Shown piece after piece: positions 41,499 to 51,595 of a stretch of 64,000 nt of DNA. A program made the translations under genes and the position numbers. This DNA is from an uncultured Alphaproteobacteria bacterium (GTDB lineage Bacteria; Pseudomonadota; Alphaproteobacteria; Rhizobiales; Hyphomicrobiaceae). The notes under the pieces were generated by a model. That model did not search any database and had not been told where the DNA came from. It saw only the letters and a program-made list of their open reading frames with translations. Location of the stretch: contig CAWFWU010000010.1 of NCBI GenBank assembly GCA_963819605.1, positions 101,710 to 165,709 of the forward strand, written 5' to 3'. The first letter of the stretch is position 1. Every line of letters starts with the position of its first letter.

Positions 41499-42179
41499 AT
41501 GGTCGCCACGTTCGCCCCCAAACTCGATATCCTTCCGCCAGCGCAAAGGCAGCTTTGGGGTGAGCTATCGTCTGTGCCCGAAGAATTTGTCCTCTATGGC
41601 GGAACGGCGCTGGCGCTGCATCTCGGGCACCGCGATTCGATCGATTTTGATTTCTTCGCCAATCGCGACTTTGATCCAAAGCAGCTTTACGACGGCGTGC
41701 CGTTTCTTCAAGGTTCCCGCATTATCCAACAGCAGCCCAGCACGCTAACCTGTCTTGTCGGCCGGGACGGCGACGTGAAGGTATCGTTTTTCGGCGTGCC
41801 GCGGATTGCACATATCCTGCCGCCCCACATTTGCTCCGACAATGGCTTGAAAGTCGCATCCCTGCTGGATCTCGCGGGCACAAAGGCGGGTGTGGTGCAA
41901 CAGCGGGCGCAGGCGAAGGACTATATGGACATTGATGCCTTGATCCAGGCTGGCATTGGCCTGCCCGAAGCCCTGGCCGCAGCCAAACTTGTTTATGGCG
42001 CATCTTTTGCTCCGACCCCGACGCTCAAGGCTTTGACCTTCTTTGGGGACGGAGATTTGGCCACACTACCGATGGGGGTGCGGCAGCGTCTCGTTCTTGC
42101 TGCGGCGCAGGTCGACCCTTTGCGGCTGCCGAGCCTTACACGGACCGACCTTCGGACCACAAACCGTGACACCGAGTAA
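41499..42179 (+). CDS. AbiEii/AbiGii-type nucleotidyltransferase toxin
   Basis: FVLYGGTALALHLGHRDSIDFDFF, KDYMDI. Confidence 0.88.
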   Translation: MVATFAPKLDILPPAQRQLWGELSSVPEEFVLYGGTALALHLGHRDSIDFDFFANRDFDPKQLYDGVPFLQGSRIIQQQPSTLTCLVGRDGDVKVSFFGVPRIAHILPPHICSDNGLKVASLLDLAGTKAGVVQQRAQAKDYMDIDALIQAGIGLPEALAAAKLVYGASFAPTPTLKALTFFGDGDLATLPMGVRQRLVLAAAQVDPLRLPSLTRTDLRTTNRDTE

Positions 42180-42185
42180 ATCAGC

Positions 42186-42485
42186 ATGACCTCACTGCCC
42201 GCCACGCCCGAACTCTTGCGCGCCGCCCGCCGCATCATATGGTTCATGGAGCCTGAGCAAGCTTTGGAAAATACCGTGCAGTTGCTTGCCTATGCCATGA
42301 AGCATTCGATGGACGAGGACATGGCCTTGCTTCTTGAACATGTGGGTATGGATGGACTGAGGCAAGCACTTGAAAGCGCGCCGCCCGGCATCATCGACGA
42401 GCGTTCGTGGTCCTATTGGAATGCCAGGATCGGGCGCTATCCGGCTCCACCGATGCCACAACGCACCTTTGGTGAGCGCGTGTAA
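42186..42485 (+). CDS. Small hypothetical protein, probable partner of the AbiEii gene
   Basis: Starts 6 bp after the toxin stop; RRIIWF...APPGIIDERSWSYWN. Confidence 0.65.
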   Translation: MTSLPATPELLRAARRIIWFMEPEQALENTVQLLAYAMKHSMDEDMALLLEHVGMDGLRQALESAPPGIIDERSWSYWNARIGRYPAPPMPQRTFGERV

Positions 42486-42528
42486 GTACGCTCCCTTGTC
42501 ATAATTACTCTTTATACTTATAATTAAC

Positions 42529-42828
42529 ATGATGAATCGGTCCGAAGTCTTGTCACGCCTCCGCGATGCCGCCATGGCCTTGCGGGCGTTGGGCGCCTTA
42601 CATCTCTTTCTTTTTGGATCGACCGCGCGAGATACCGCCCGACCTGAATCGGATGTCGATATTTTCATCGACCGCGATCCCGAACAGCCAATGGGCCTCT
42701 TGGGCTTGGCGAAGCTTGAAGCCCAGCTTGAGACAATTCTTGGAACACCCGTCGATGTTACGACGCGTGGAAGTTTGCATCCCCTTCTGCGGGCTTCAAT
42801 TGAACAGCAGGCCATCCAAGTCTTTTGA
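42529..42828 (+). CDS. Second MNT antitoxin
   Basis: LFLFGSTARDTARPESDVDIFID. Confidence 0.9.
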   Translation: MMNRSEVLSRLRDAAMALRALGALHLFLFGSTARDTARPESDVDIFIDRDPEQPMGLLGLAKLEAQLETILGTPVDVTTRGSLHPLLRASIEQQAIQVF

Positions 42829-43196
42829 CAATGGCCCGTTCCCCCCTGCTCCGTCTTTTTGATATGCGGGCCGCGATCCAGGCTGCCTTCGCGATGACGG
42901 AGGGCGTCAGCAAAGGCCTTTTAGATGCTGACACTGTTCTTCACGCGGCGTGCATGTTCAAGATTCTTATCACGGCTGAAGCTGCTCGTGACCTGCCGCA
43001 GGATTTGTTGAAAGCCAACCCAGACGTTGATTGGCGCGGCCTCATCAACATGGGTAACTTGCTCAAACACCAGTATTTCCGGATCGAGACGGACGTCGTG
43101 TGGGAAACCATTAAAACGGATCTTCCCATTTTGCTCGCGGCTGTCGAACGCATGATCAAAGTTGAGCAGGCCTCGATGTTGGAACCGGTGGGGTGA
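42825..43196 (+). CDS. Second HepT/DUF86 HEPN toxin
   Basis: ITAEAARDLP...PDVDWRGL..MGNLLKHQY...VVWE. Confidence 0.85.
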   Translation: MTMARSPLLRLFDMRAAIQAAFAMTEGVSKGLLDADTVLHAACMFKILITAEAARDLPQDLLKANPDVDWRGLINMGNLLKHQYFRIETDVVWETIKTDLPILLAAVERMIKVEQASMLEPVG

Positions 43197-43318
43197 CACG
43201 TGCTCATTGCGGGACCGAAGGATTGGCGCGTTAAAACAACAACTATTCCGGAAACATCTGTATTATTGCGCTAAATAACGATGTTCGCTACGGCTCCAAC
43301 CCCTTAGGGCCGTTCTAT

Positions 43319-43738
43319 TCACTTCGATCCGGAAACGGCAACAACGTAGTGCGCTCCCCACCCTGCAGGCTCGGCAGAGTGATGTTCGTTAAAGAGTCCC
43401 CGCCGGGCAATCTCGGCGCCAAGCATCAAAACTTCCTGCCGTGTGGCTTTCCCCAAAATAACCAGCTCGCCCAATCGCTGGCGGGCGATGTTGTCCCCCG
43501 CACCTTGAATGCGGGCCAATTGGTAGCCGAAGTCGGCCTCTGTGCGTGCCGTCGCGATGCCTTCTGCCGTACGGGTGGCAGGACGTGCCTCAAACGGCCC
43601 CAGCAATTCATCAAGGGCGCAAGTGCTACGGACGATGGTCATGTCATTCATCTCCACGCCATGAACATTAGCACAAATCTGTGCCTGACAGGACTCGTGC
43701 ATGAAGGGTACCGTCGGGTTAGGGCGTTTTCGCAACAA
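43319..43738 (-). CDS. Hypothetical protein, weak VbhA-antitoxin-like helix pattern
   Basis: FGYQLARIQG...LGELVILGKATRQEVL; true start uncertain. Confidence 0.3.
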   Translation of the reverse strand: MLRKRPNPTVPFMHESCQAQICANVHGVEMNDMTIVRSTCALDELLGPFEARPATRTAEGIATARTEADFGYQLARIQGAGDNIARQRLGELVILGKATRQEVLMLGAEIARRGLFNEHHSAEPAGWGAHYVVAVSGSK

Positions 43739-43776
43739 ATTTTCTGCAGGTCATTGATATAAAAATTAAATCCGCA

Positions 43777-44349
43777 TTATACGCTGCGCTCCAAGGCCCT
43801 CCACAACGTCGCCCGGTGCACGCCGAGTTCGATCGCCAGGACTTGCTTGTCCAGCAGAGGATCGGCCGCCAATCGCGCGCGGATACCCGCCAGTTCCGTC
43901 GCTGACAATTTCGGCTTGCGACCTCCCTTGCGCCCACGGGCACGGGCCGCTGCCAGCCCGGCGCACGTGCGTTCCGACATCAACTCGCGTTCAAACTCGG
44001 CAAGTGCTGCGAAAATGCCAAACACCTATTTGCCTGCCGCCGTGCCGGTGTCGATGTCAGCCCCGTGGCCGGTGAGAACCTTGAACGCCACTTGGCGTTC
44101 GGCCAGTTGCTGCACCGTAGTCACGAGATGGCGGAGGCTGCGCCCCAGGCGGTCAAGCTTCCAGACAACGAGAGTGTCCCCTGCCCGCAGCGCTTTGAGG
44201 CACGCCTCCAACCCAGGCCGGTCATCCTGCTTGCCGGAGGCTTTATCGAGGTAGATGTCGCGTTCGGCCACGCCGGCCGCCAGCAGGACATCCCGCTGCA
44301 AATCCGTGGACTGGTCGGCGGTCGAAACCCGCATATAGCCGATGAGCAT
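43777..44349 (-). pseudogene. Serine resolvase/invertase with in-frame TAG at 44026-44028
   Basis: IGYMRVST, KLDRLGRS, GK*VFGIFAALAEFER, GRKGGRKP, C-terminal HTH; the two pieces are in frame. Confidence 0.9.
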
Positions 44350-44744
44350 GCGGGCATTGCATCACGACCAAATGAATGTGCCTAGCGCAGATGATGAAAT
44401 GGTGAGCACCTATGTTGCGAAATCGCTGAAAATGCTCCGAAGGCGCAACATGAATGTGCAACGAGATTTTGCAACGTCGCGAGCCGCGCATTGCCGCCGA
44501 TCGGCGTGCGGGCGGCGCCATGTTGTAAAAACGAAGGTTTGTGCGACTGACGGACGGCCCGCCCCAATAAGAATTACGTTCTGGATTAAAATTGCAGTGG
44601 GCCAGGGCCTCGCTATTCGCGGACCGTCCGCTACGGCCAAGAGCGCGAACGCGAAATGTTGACTATCGTGGGGCGTGACACGCCAATTAGGCAGCCACCG
44701 TCACCGAGAATTGACAAAGGCAGCTATTGCCCTGAATTGTTTGC

Positions 44745-44766
44745 TGTCACGCAACCGGCACGCAAA
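44745..44766 (+). repeat. Tandem 11-bp arm-type repeat near attR
   Basis: tgtcacgcaac-cggcacgcaaa; an inverted ggcacgca copy lies at 44819-44826. Confidence 0.55.
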
Positions 44767-44884
44767 ACGTAAACCGTCCCGCCGCTGAAAGCCCGCAAAT
44801 CCTGGGTTTTGAACTCAGTGCGTGCCACAGCCCGCCACCTCAAGCACCTTGATAATACTCACTAATATCTAGATCTTCCCCTTA

Positions 44885-44926
44885 CCAAGGTCGGGGTCGA
44901 GGGTTCGATCCCCTTCGCCCGCTCCA
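44885..44926 (+). repeat. attR core (42 bp, 3' half of tRNA-Gly)
   Basis: Identical to 19112-19153; extends by cctt with one mismatch. Confidence 0.95.
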
Positions 44927-44954
44927 AGTTGTGTACTTCCGAATGTTTGAAACG

Positions 44955-44990
44955 AAAACGGGCGCCTCGTGAGATGCGCCCGCTTGTTTA
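44955..44990. terminator. Probable intrinsic terminator after attR (bidirectional)
   Basis: aaaa-cgggcgc...gcgcccg-cttgttt. Confidence 0.5.
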
Positions 44991-45012
44991 TCGAATTGGA
45001 TTACGCGGCGCC

Positions 45013-45762
45013 TTACCAGTGACCTCGGTGACCCGTCCGCGACCAGCCATAGCCTCCCTGGCGAACCAACACTTGCTCGTGGCGCACACCCGACACCGGC
45101 GGATGATGAATCACACGTTCGCCGCCCGCACGTACGACGACCTGGCGATGGACCCAGCTATATACCGGTGGCGTGTATACTTTTTGAACAGTTGCCGGAC
45201 GGACAAGGACCGGCTTGGTGACCGTTTCGTAGAGTGCGGGCGTCACTTGAGCGACCCGGCGCGCAGGTGAAACAACAACTTGCCGCTCAACTTCGCGAGT
45301 AACGGCCGGTACTTCGACTTTGCAAATTCTTTCGCCGTGACCGAGGAACCCACGACGGTGTTCCCAGCGCACGCTTGCTGGCTGCACCAGCACGGATTCG
45401 CGAATGGTTCTCGTGACAGCTGGCGCTTCGACATAGGCCGTCTGGGCAGGAGAGACGAGCACGCGTTCGGAGCGGTGGCCGTATTGCGCCGGAGTTTCGA
45501 CTGCACTCCAGCGGCCAGGCGAAACGACGATACGCTCGGACCGTGTTTCGACGACCGGCGCCCTGCGAACAACCTGAGTGAAACCAGGCCGCACCACAAC
45601 TTGTCTTGTCTGGGTTGCATAAACGTCTGGTAGGCGGACCTTTTGATAGCAGCCGATTTCACGCCCGCCCCGGCCGCAACCGTGATCGAAGGCGAGCGCC
45701 TGGCCGGCAAACGCCGCGCTTAATGCGGCCGCGGCAATGGCGGCCATAGGTAAGTTACGCAT
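45013..45762 (-). CDS. Secreted Val/Pro/Arg-rich repeat protein
   Basis: Signal peptide ending AFAGQALA; about eight P-A-x6-V-[LV]-V-x-P-type repeats. Confidence 0.75.
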   Translation of the reverse strand: MRNLPMAAIAAAALSAAFAGQALAFDHGCGRGGREIGCYQKVRLPDVYATQTRQVVVRPGFTQVVRRAPVVETRSERIVVSPGRWSAVETPAQYGHRSERVLVSPAQTAYVEAPAVTRTIRESVLVQPASVRWEHRRGFLGHGERICKVEVPAVTREVERQVVVSPARRVAQVTPALYETVTKPVLVRPATVQKVYTPPVYSWVHRQVVVRAGGERVIHHPPVSGVRHEQVLVRQGGYGWSRTGHRGHW

Positions 45763-46057
45763 GTTGAAAGTCTCCTGCTGAGAACGCGAGTCACGGGGCG
45801 TGATTTAGGGCCACGAATTAGGGCCGCAAAGTTGGCTTTAATGGACAGAGACCCTAAGGCCAGTGGGGTGAGAGCCGCACTTTGCCCCGCCCTAACGTCC
45901 GTAGGTGCCCTCTGTACACGACAATAAACCAAGGGCGCCTGGCCCCGAAGGACTAGCCTCGGGTTTGGTAAACCTGTTAATCGTTGTAGAATGCTCCGGC
46001 GACTTTCGACCCTGCGAACACGTGAACTCGCAAACGAACATAAGGACTTTGTAAACC

Positions 46058-46687
46058 ATGCTGGCTTCGTCTTTGAATTCGCGGATGCGTCCGCTCGCAC
46101 TCCTGGCAACTATGATCGCTGCGCTCGCCGTTGCAGGCTGTGGCGTCAACAATATCCCAACCTACGAACAGTCGGCGAAGGCCGCCTGGAGTGAAGTCTT
46201 GAGCCAGTACAAGCGGCGCACCGACCTGATCCCGAACCTTGTCGAGACGGTCAAAGGTTTTGCCGAGCAAGAGAAATCCGTACTGACCGAGGTCGTCGAA
46301 GCCCGCGCCAAAGCAACAAATGCACAGATCAATTTGCCAGCTGACGTGCTGACGAACCCTGACGCAATGAAGAAGCTTCAGGAAGCACAAGGGCAACTCT
46401 CAGGTGCCCTCGGCCGGCTTCTGGTCACGATCGAAAAATATCCCGATATTAAATCGGGGCAAAACTTTCTGGCGCTGCAAAGCGCACTTGAGGGAACCGA
46501 GAACCGCATCGGTGTGTCGCGGCGCGATTACATTGAAGCCGTGCGCGTCTACAATACAGAGTTGAACACCATTCCTGGCCGTTGGTGGAAATCATTCATG
46601 TATCCTGCGTCGAAGGAAATGGCGTCGTTCGATATTCCGGCAGAAGAACAGAAAACGCCGAAGGTCGATTTCGACACCAAGAAATAA
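46058..46687 (+). CDS. lemA: LemA family protein
   Basis: Lipobox LAVAGC; AWSEVLSQYKRRTDLIPNLV, LEGTENRI. Confidence 0.93.
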   Translation: MLASSLNSRMRPLALLATMIAALAVAGCGVNNIPTYEQSAKAAWSEVLSQYKRRTDLIPNLVETVKGFAEQEKSVLTEVVEARAKATNAQINLPADVLTNPDAMKKLQEAQGQLSGALGRLLVTIEKYPDIKSGQNFLALQSALEGTENRIGVSRRDYIEAVRVYNTELNTIPGRWWKSFMYPASKEMASFDIPAEEQKTPKVDFDTKK

Positions 46688-46719
46688 GCGCCGGCTTTAC
46701 CTCGAGAGGATGCTGTCCC

Positions 46720-47592
46720 ATGGGTGGCGCCGCGACCCTGACGCCGGGCGTACATGCTTGCAAGAGCCAGGCGAGATGCGCATTAATTGCGTTTCTCGCC
46801 TGCATCTTTGCACTTGCCGGCCCGGTGTTGTTCGCGCTCGCGGCGCCCAATTATCCAGAAATCAGCGGCCAAATTGTCGATACCGCCAACCTGCTCAATG
46901 CAGATGATCGTGCGGCCGTTTTGGCCGAGTTGCAGTCGCTTGAAGGCAAATCCACCGATCAAGTGGCCGTTGTCACGGTCAAGTCCCTCGACGGCTATGC
47001 CATCGAAGATTACGGCATCGGCCTCGCGCGCAAATGGCAAATCGGTCAGAAAGACAAAGACAACGGCATATTGCTCATCGTTGCCCCGAACGAGCGCAAA
47101 GTGCGCATCGAGGTTGGCCGCCGTCTCGAACCCGTGATGACCGACACGATGTCGAAGATCATCATCACCAATGCCATGTTACCGAAATTCCGCCGCGGCG
47201 ACTATTCAGGCGGCATTCGCGATGGCGTCCGTGACATCAAAGACGTTCTGCTGGGCGATGCAGAGGCGGTCAAGGATCGGGCCAAAGGCGGACGAACGCC
47301 CGAGAACGATCCCACAGCGATCATGCACCTCATCATATTTGCCGCCATCATCGCGCTGATATTCTGGCAGATGAGAAAAGCTGCTGAAGCCCAGCGGCAA
47401 TGGGAACAAAATCTAACCCCTGAAGAACGGCGCCGGCTACAGCGCGAGCGGCGGCGCAACCGGGGCGGCAACGTCATTGTCATCCCCGGCGGATCCGGCG
47501 ACTGGGGCGGCGGGTGGAGCGGCGGCAGCGGTGGCGGCTGGTCTGGCGGCGGTGGAACGTTCGGCGGCGGCGGCGCATCGGGCGACTGGTAG
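46720..47592 (+). CDS. TPM domain protein (YgcG-like) with Gly-rich tail
   Basis: VDTANLL, RKWQIGQKDKDNGILL, RIEVG, GGGTFGGGGASGDW; start set at ATG 46720. Confidence 0.9.
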   Translation: MGGAATLTPGVHACKSQARCALIAFLACIFALAGPVLFALAAPNYPEISGQIVDTANLLNADDRAAVLAELQSLEGKSTDQVAVVTVKSLDGYAIEDYGIGLARKWQIGQKDKDNGILLIVAPNERKVRIEVGRRLEPVMTDTMSKIIITNAMLPKFRRGDYSGGIRDGVRDIKDVLLGDAEAVKDRAKGGRTPENDPTAIMHLIIFAAIIALIFWQMRKAAEAQRQWEQNLTPEERRRLQRERRRNRGGNVIVIPGGSGDWGGGWSGGSGGGWSGGGGTFGGGGASGDW

Positions 47593-47649
47593 ACATTGGT
47601 AGTCTTTAGGCATCAAGAGACGCAGGAACGGAATTTGAGCGAGTAAGAC

Positions 47650-48270
47650 ATGCCATTGTTTTCGACAGAAGAAAAAGAGCGCATTTCAGCTGCGATAACC
47701 GCCGCCGAGCGCAAGACCTCGGGCGAGATCGTCGCCGTTGTTGCCCAGTCGAGCGACAGTTATCTCTATATGCCTTTTCTCGTTGCAGCGCTGATCGCCC
47801 TCATCATTCCTTGGCCGCTCATTCATTTCACTTGGATGACAGTCCAATACATCTACCTCATACAGCTTGCCGCATTCTTCGCATTGCTGGCGCTCATATG
47901 GCCGAAGGCAATTAGGACGGCGCTGGTGCCAAAATCAATTCGCGCCGCGCACGCCAAGCGTCGTGCCACAGAGCAGTTCTTAGTTCAGAACCTGCACACG
48001 ACAGCCGGACGCACAGGCATCCTGATTTTCGTTTCGGTTGCGGAGCGTCATGCGGAGATCTTGGCCGACAAAGGTATTGATCAGCGCGTTCCTCTAGGAA
48101 CATGGCAAGAGATCGTCGATAGACTAACCAAAGAAATCTCTGAAGGCCGCGCGGCTGAAGGGTTTGTCCACGCCATTGAGACGGCTGGCAATCATCTCGC
48201 TAAACATTTCCCACCGGGAAAAGTTGACCCCAACGAGTTGCCCGACCACCTCATCGTGCTCGATAACTGA
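47650..48270 (+). CDS. TPM domain membrane protein
   Basis: AERKTSGEIV, TAGRTGILIFVSVAER, NELPD; third gene of the lemA operon. Confidence 0.88.
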   Translation: MPLFSTEEKERISAAITAAERKTSGEIVAVVAQSSDSYLYMPFLVAALIALIIPWPLIHFTWMTVQYIYLIQLAAFFALLALIWPKAIRTALVPKSIRAAHAKRRATEQFLVQNLHTTAGRTGILIFVSVAERHAEILADKGIDQRVPLGTWQEIVDRLTKEISEGRAAEGFVHAIETAGNHLAKHFPPGKVDPNELPDHLIVLDN

Positions 48271-48357
48271 GTTCGCGCCGTCTCGCGAGATTGAGTCGCG
48301 CCAAATCATGGTACAAGCCGCACCGGGAAACGCGCGTCGCTTCTAGGGGAAACGGCC

Positions 48358-49824
48358 ATGACAGCACCGATCATCGCAACCGGGACAAACGCGGCCGGCG
48401 AAACCGTGACGCGGGCCCCACTTCGAGCGCGCGTATCGTGGATGCTGTTCGATTGGGCGGCGCAGCCTTACTACACGCTGGTACAGACTTTTCTGTTCGC
48501 GCCGTATTTCGCCAACGCCGTTGTAAACAATCAAGCCTGCGGCACACTCATCGCGGAAGGCAGCGAAAAAGCCGCGTGCGGACAAGCGTTGTGGGGATAT
48601 GCAGCGGCCATTGCCGGGCTGCTCATCGCCATCATCTCGCCCTTCCTCGGCGCGCTGGCGGACGGCCGGGGAAGACGCAAACCCTGGATCGTGCTGCTAT
48701 CGCTCATTTTCCTTGCCGGGCTTTCAACTCTCTGGCTTGCGACGCCTGGTGCTTCAACAAGCACATTGGCACTTGTCCTCGGCGGCTTCATCATCGCCAC
48801 GCTGGCGGCCGAACTGATGGGCGTCTTCTCAAACGCCATCATGACGGGGCTGGTGCCCAAAAGCGAACTCGGCACACTCTCTGGAACAGGCTGGGCTGTT
48901 GGATATTTCGGTGGGCTAGCCAGCCTCGCGCTGGTCGCCGGATTTCTGGTGCCGCTGCCGGGCGAAGCTAAAACGCTGCTCGGTTTCGATCCCTTGCTGC
49001 AACTCGATCAATCAACGCGGCAGGGCGACCGCCTCACGGGGCCGTTCTCGGCCTTGTGGTTCGTGGTCTTTATGATTCCGTTTTTCATGTTCGTGCCCGA
49101 CAAGGTTGCCACAAAAGTACGAGCACATCCGCAACGTTCGGCCGGCGCGGAACTCTGGGACACAATCAAGTCTCTCCCCTCAATGCCGAGCCTGCTGATG
49201 TTTCTCATCGCCCGCATGCTCTACACCGACGGGCTGACCGCCATCTTCACATTTGGCGGCATTTACGGGGCGTCCGTCTTCAATTGGGGGCCACTGGAGC
49301 TAGGCATGTTTGGCATCGTGCTCACTCTCTTTGGGGCCCTTGGCGCGCTGATTGGCGGGCGTCTTGATGATAAGCTTGGACCGAAGACAGTCATCATTGC
49401 CGCGCTGATTATTCTGTTGGCCGGCGCCATCGGCATCCTGTCCGTCGATCAGACACACATTCTGTTCTCGACCGAAGTGGCAGCCAAAGCGGTAGGCTCG
49501 AAGCCGTTTTCCGCGCTTGGAGAACAGGTGTTCTTGGCATTTGCCGTAATCGTTGGGCTTGTTGCAGCACCTGTTCAGGCCGCAAGCCGCTCCTTGCTCG
49601 CGCGCCTGGCACCGGCCGATAAGATCACACAGTTTTTTGGACTGTTTGCATTTTCGGGAAAAGTGACCGCATTCCTGGCGCCGTTCCTTGTCGCGCTGGT
49701 TACGCAGATTTCTGGAAGTCAGCGCATCGGCATGTCGGCCGTGTTGGCGTTCCTCGTTATCGGGGCATCCATGATGCTGTTTGTGAAGACGGAGCCAAAC
49801 CGCACCAAGAATGAGGGTGTCTGA
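48358..49824 (+). CDS. MFS transporter (UMF1 family)
   Basis: [41 protein letters not shown]. Confidence 0.9.
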   Translation: MTAPIIATGTNAAGETVTRAPLRARVSWMLFDWAAQPYYTLVQTFLFAPYFANAVVNNQACGTLIAEGSEKAACGQALWGYAAAIAGLLIAIISPFLGALADGRGRRKPWIVLLSLIFLAGLSTLWLATPGASTSTLALVLGGFIIATLAAELMGVFSNAIMTGLVPKSELGTLSGTGWAVGYFGGLASLALVAGFLVPLPGEAKTLLGFDPLLQLDQSTRQGDRLTGPFSALWFVVFMIPFFMFVPDKVATKVRAHPQRSAGAELWDTIKSLPSMPSLLMFLIARMLYTDGLTAIFTFGGIYGASVFNWGPLELGMFGIVLTLFGALGALIGGRLDDKLGPKTVIIAALIILLAGAIGILSVDQTHILFSTEVAAKAVGSKPFSALGEQVFLAFAVIVGLVAAPVQAASRSLLARLAPADKITQFFGLFAFSGKVTAFLAPFLVALVTQISGSQRIGMSAVLAFLVIGASMMLFVKTEPNRTKNEGV

Positions 49825-49896
49825 CCGTCCGGGTCTGACACCAATGGACAAATTGCGCGATCAAACGGTGTCAGACCCAGAGGGTCAGACACCTCT
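49813..49896. repeat. REPIN-like nested inverted repeat
   Basis: ggtgtctgacc (49816) gggtctgacacc (49831) ... ggtgtcagaccc (49867) ggtcagacacc (49883), between convergent MFS and purH genes. Confidence 0.7.
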
Positions 49897-49905
49897 CTCC
49901 CAACC

Positions 49906-51489
49906 TCAATGCCTAAAATGGCGCATGCCGGTCATCACCATGGCGAGACCTTTTTCATCCGCCGCCTTGATGACTTCGTCATCGCGCACGGAGCCGCCCG
50001 GCTGAATGACCGCCGTGACACCGGCTTCCGCCGCCGTTAGCAAGCCATCGGCAAACGGGAAGAAGGCGTCGGAGGCGACAACAGAGCCGCGTGTCAGGGG
50101 TTCGCTCAAGCCCGCGGCTTTTGCAGCGTCAGTTGCCTTCAGGACCGCAATGCGCGCGGAATCGACCCGGCTCATTTGTCCGGCTCCAATACCGACAGTC
50201 GCGCCGTTTTTGGCATAGACGATAGCGTTAGATTTGACGTGCTTGGCGACGCGGAACGCGAACTTCAGGTCTGCGAGTTCGGCAGCAGCCGGCGCGCGCT
50301 TTGTGACAACCTTTAATTCAAGATCATCGACGACGCCGTTGTCGCGCGATTGAACCAGCAGTCCACCCGCGATGGAACGCACGTTCAATCCGCCGGAGCG
50401 CGGATCTGACAGTCCGCCGGTCACGAGAAGGCGCAAATTCTTCTTCGCCGCGAAAATAGCTTTCGCCTCGTCCGATGCATCCGGCGCGATAACAACTTCG
50501 GTAAAGATCTTGCACATTTCCTCGGCGGCGGCGGCATCCAGTTTCTGGTTGACCGCAATGATGCCGCCAAAAGCGCTGACCGAATCGCATTGCAGAGCCT
50601 TGAGATAGGCGTCCTTCAATGAACTGCCAGTCGCAACGCCGCATGGATTTGCATGTTTGATAATGGCGACGGCCGGCACAGCGGGCGCGAATTCCGAGAC
50701 CAGCTCGAACGCGGCATCGGTGTCGTTTAGATTATTGTACGACAACTCCTTGCCTTGCAGCTGTCGCGCGGTGGCAACACCGAAGCGCTTGCGGTCCGAG
50801 ACATAGACCGCCGCCTGCTGGTGCGGATTTTCGCCGTAGCGCAGCGCTTGACCAAGTCGCCCGCCGAATGCGCGCCAGGTGGGCGCCGGGGTCTTCAAGT
50901 GATCTGCAAACCAGTTGCTGATCGCGGCGTCGTAAGCAGCAGTGCGGGCAAAGGCCTTGGCTGCCATCTCCTTGCGGAAACGCAAAGTCGTCGCGCCGCC
51001 GTTCGCCGCCATCTCGGCCAACAGGCCTGCATAGTCTTCCGCTTCGACAATGACCGTCACGCCGTCATGGTTCTTGGACGCCGCGCGGATCATGGCCGGC
51101 CCGCCAATGTCGATGTTTTCAACGCAGTCGTCGTAGCCAGAATTCTTGGCGACGGTCGCTTCAAAGGGGTAGAGATTGACCACAAGGAGATCGATAGGCG
51201 CGATGCCGTGATCGGCCGCAGCTTTGTCGTGTTCCGCGTTGCCGCGAATGGCAAGGAGCCCGCCGTGCACTTTGGGATGCAAAGTCTTGACGCGTCCGTC
51301 CATCATCTCGGGAAAGCCCGTCAATTCGGAGACATCCTTGACAGCGATGCCAGCCGCCTTGATCGCCGCTGACGTGCCGCCGGTCGATACCAGTTCGACA
51401 CCTTGAGCGATGAGTGCGCGGGCAAAATCGATGAGGTCCGCTTTGTCCGAGACAGAGAGAAGCGCGCGGCGGATTTTTTGAGTTCTCAT
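49906..51489 (-). CDS. purH: Bifunctional AICAR transformylase/IMP cyclohydrolase
   Basis: [38 protein letters not shown]. Confidence 0.98.
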   Translation of the reverse strand: MRTQKIRRALLSVSDKADLIDFARALIAQGVELVSTGGTSAAIKAAGIAVKDVSELTGFPEMMDGRVKTLHPKVHGGLLAIRGNAEHDKAAADHGIAPIDLLVVNLYPFEATVAKNSGYDDCVENIDIGGPAMIRAASKNHDGVTVIVEAEDYAGLLAEMAANGGATTLRFRKEMAAKAFARTAAYDAAISNWFADHLKTPAPTWRAFGGRLGQALRYGENPHQQAAVYVSDRKRFGVATARQLQGKELSYNNLNDTDAAFELVSEFAPAVPAVAIIKHANPCGVATGSSLKDAYLKALQCDSVSAFGGIIAVNQKLDAAAAEEMCKIFTEVVIAPDASDEAKAIFAAKKNLRLLVTGGLSDPRSGGLNVRSIAGGLLVQSRDNGVVDDLELKVVTKRAPAAAELADLKFAFRVAKHVKSNAIVYAKNGATVGIGAGQMSRVDSARIAVLKATDAAKAAGLSEPLTRGSVVASDAFFPFADGLLTAAEAGVTAVIQPGGSVRDDEVIKAADEKGLAMVMTGMRHFRH

Positions 51490-51595
51490 GAAGCGACAGC
51501 CCTCGAAGCGTTTGCAACGCCGGTTATCACGCCTCCGCCCTTGAGAACATAGCCCTGAAGGGGCAAAGCGCCGTCATGTCGCGCTTTTTGCGCGT

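Noticed and set aside
19905-44028. Stop-codon reassignment (TAG read-through) in the island, suggested by four in-frame TAGs
   Set aside because: repA has two TGAs and the IS remnant a TAA. TAG is the true terminator of several island genes (e.g. 20630, 25158 directly before the next ATG, 40281, 41298). The resolvase position expects Leu. Ordinary nonsense decay fits better.
44350-44560. res site upstream of the resolvase (atgttgcg...cgcaacat inverted repeat)
   Set aside because: Plausible from position, but I could not define a three-subsite structure, so it is not listed as a feature.
44880-44926. Second tRNA-Gly gene
   Set aside because: Only the 3' 42 bp are present; the acceptor 5' strand and D arm are missing and the anticodon G is replaced. 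It is attR.
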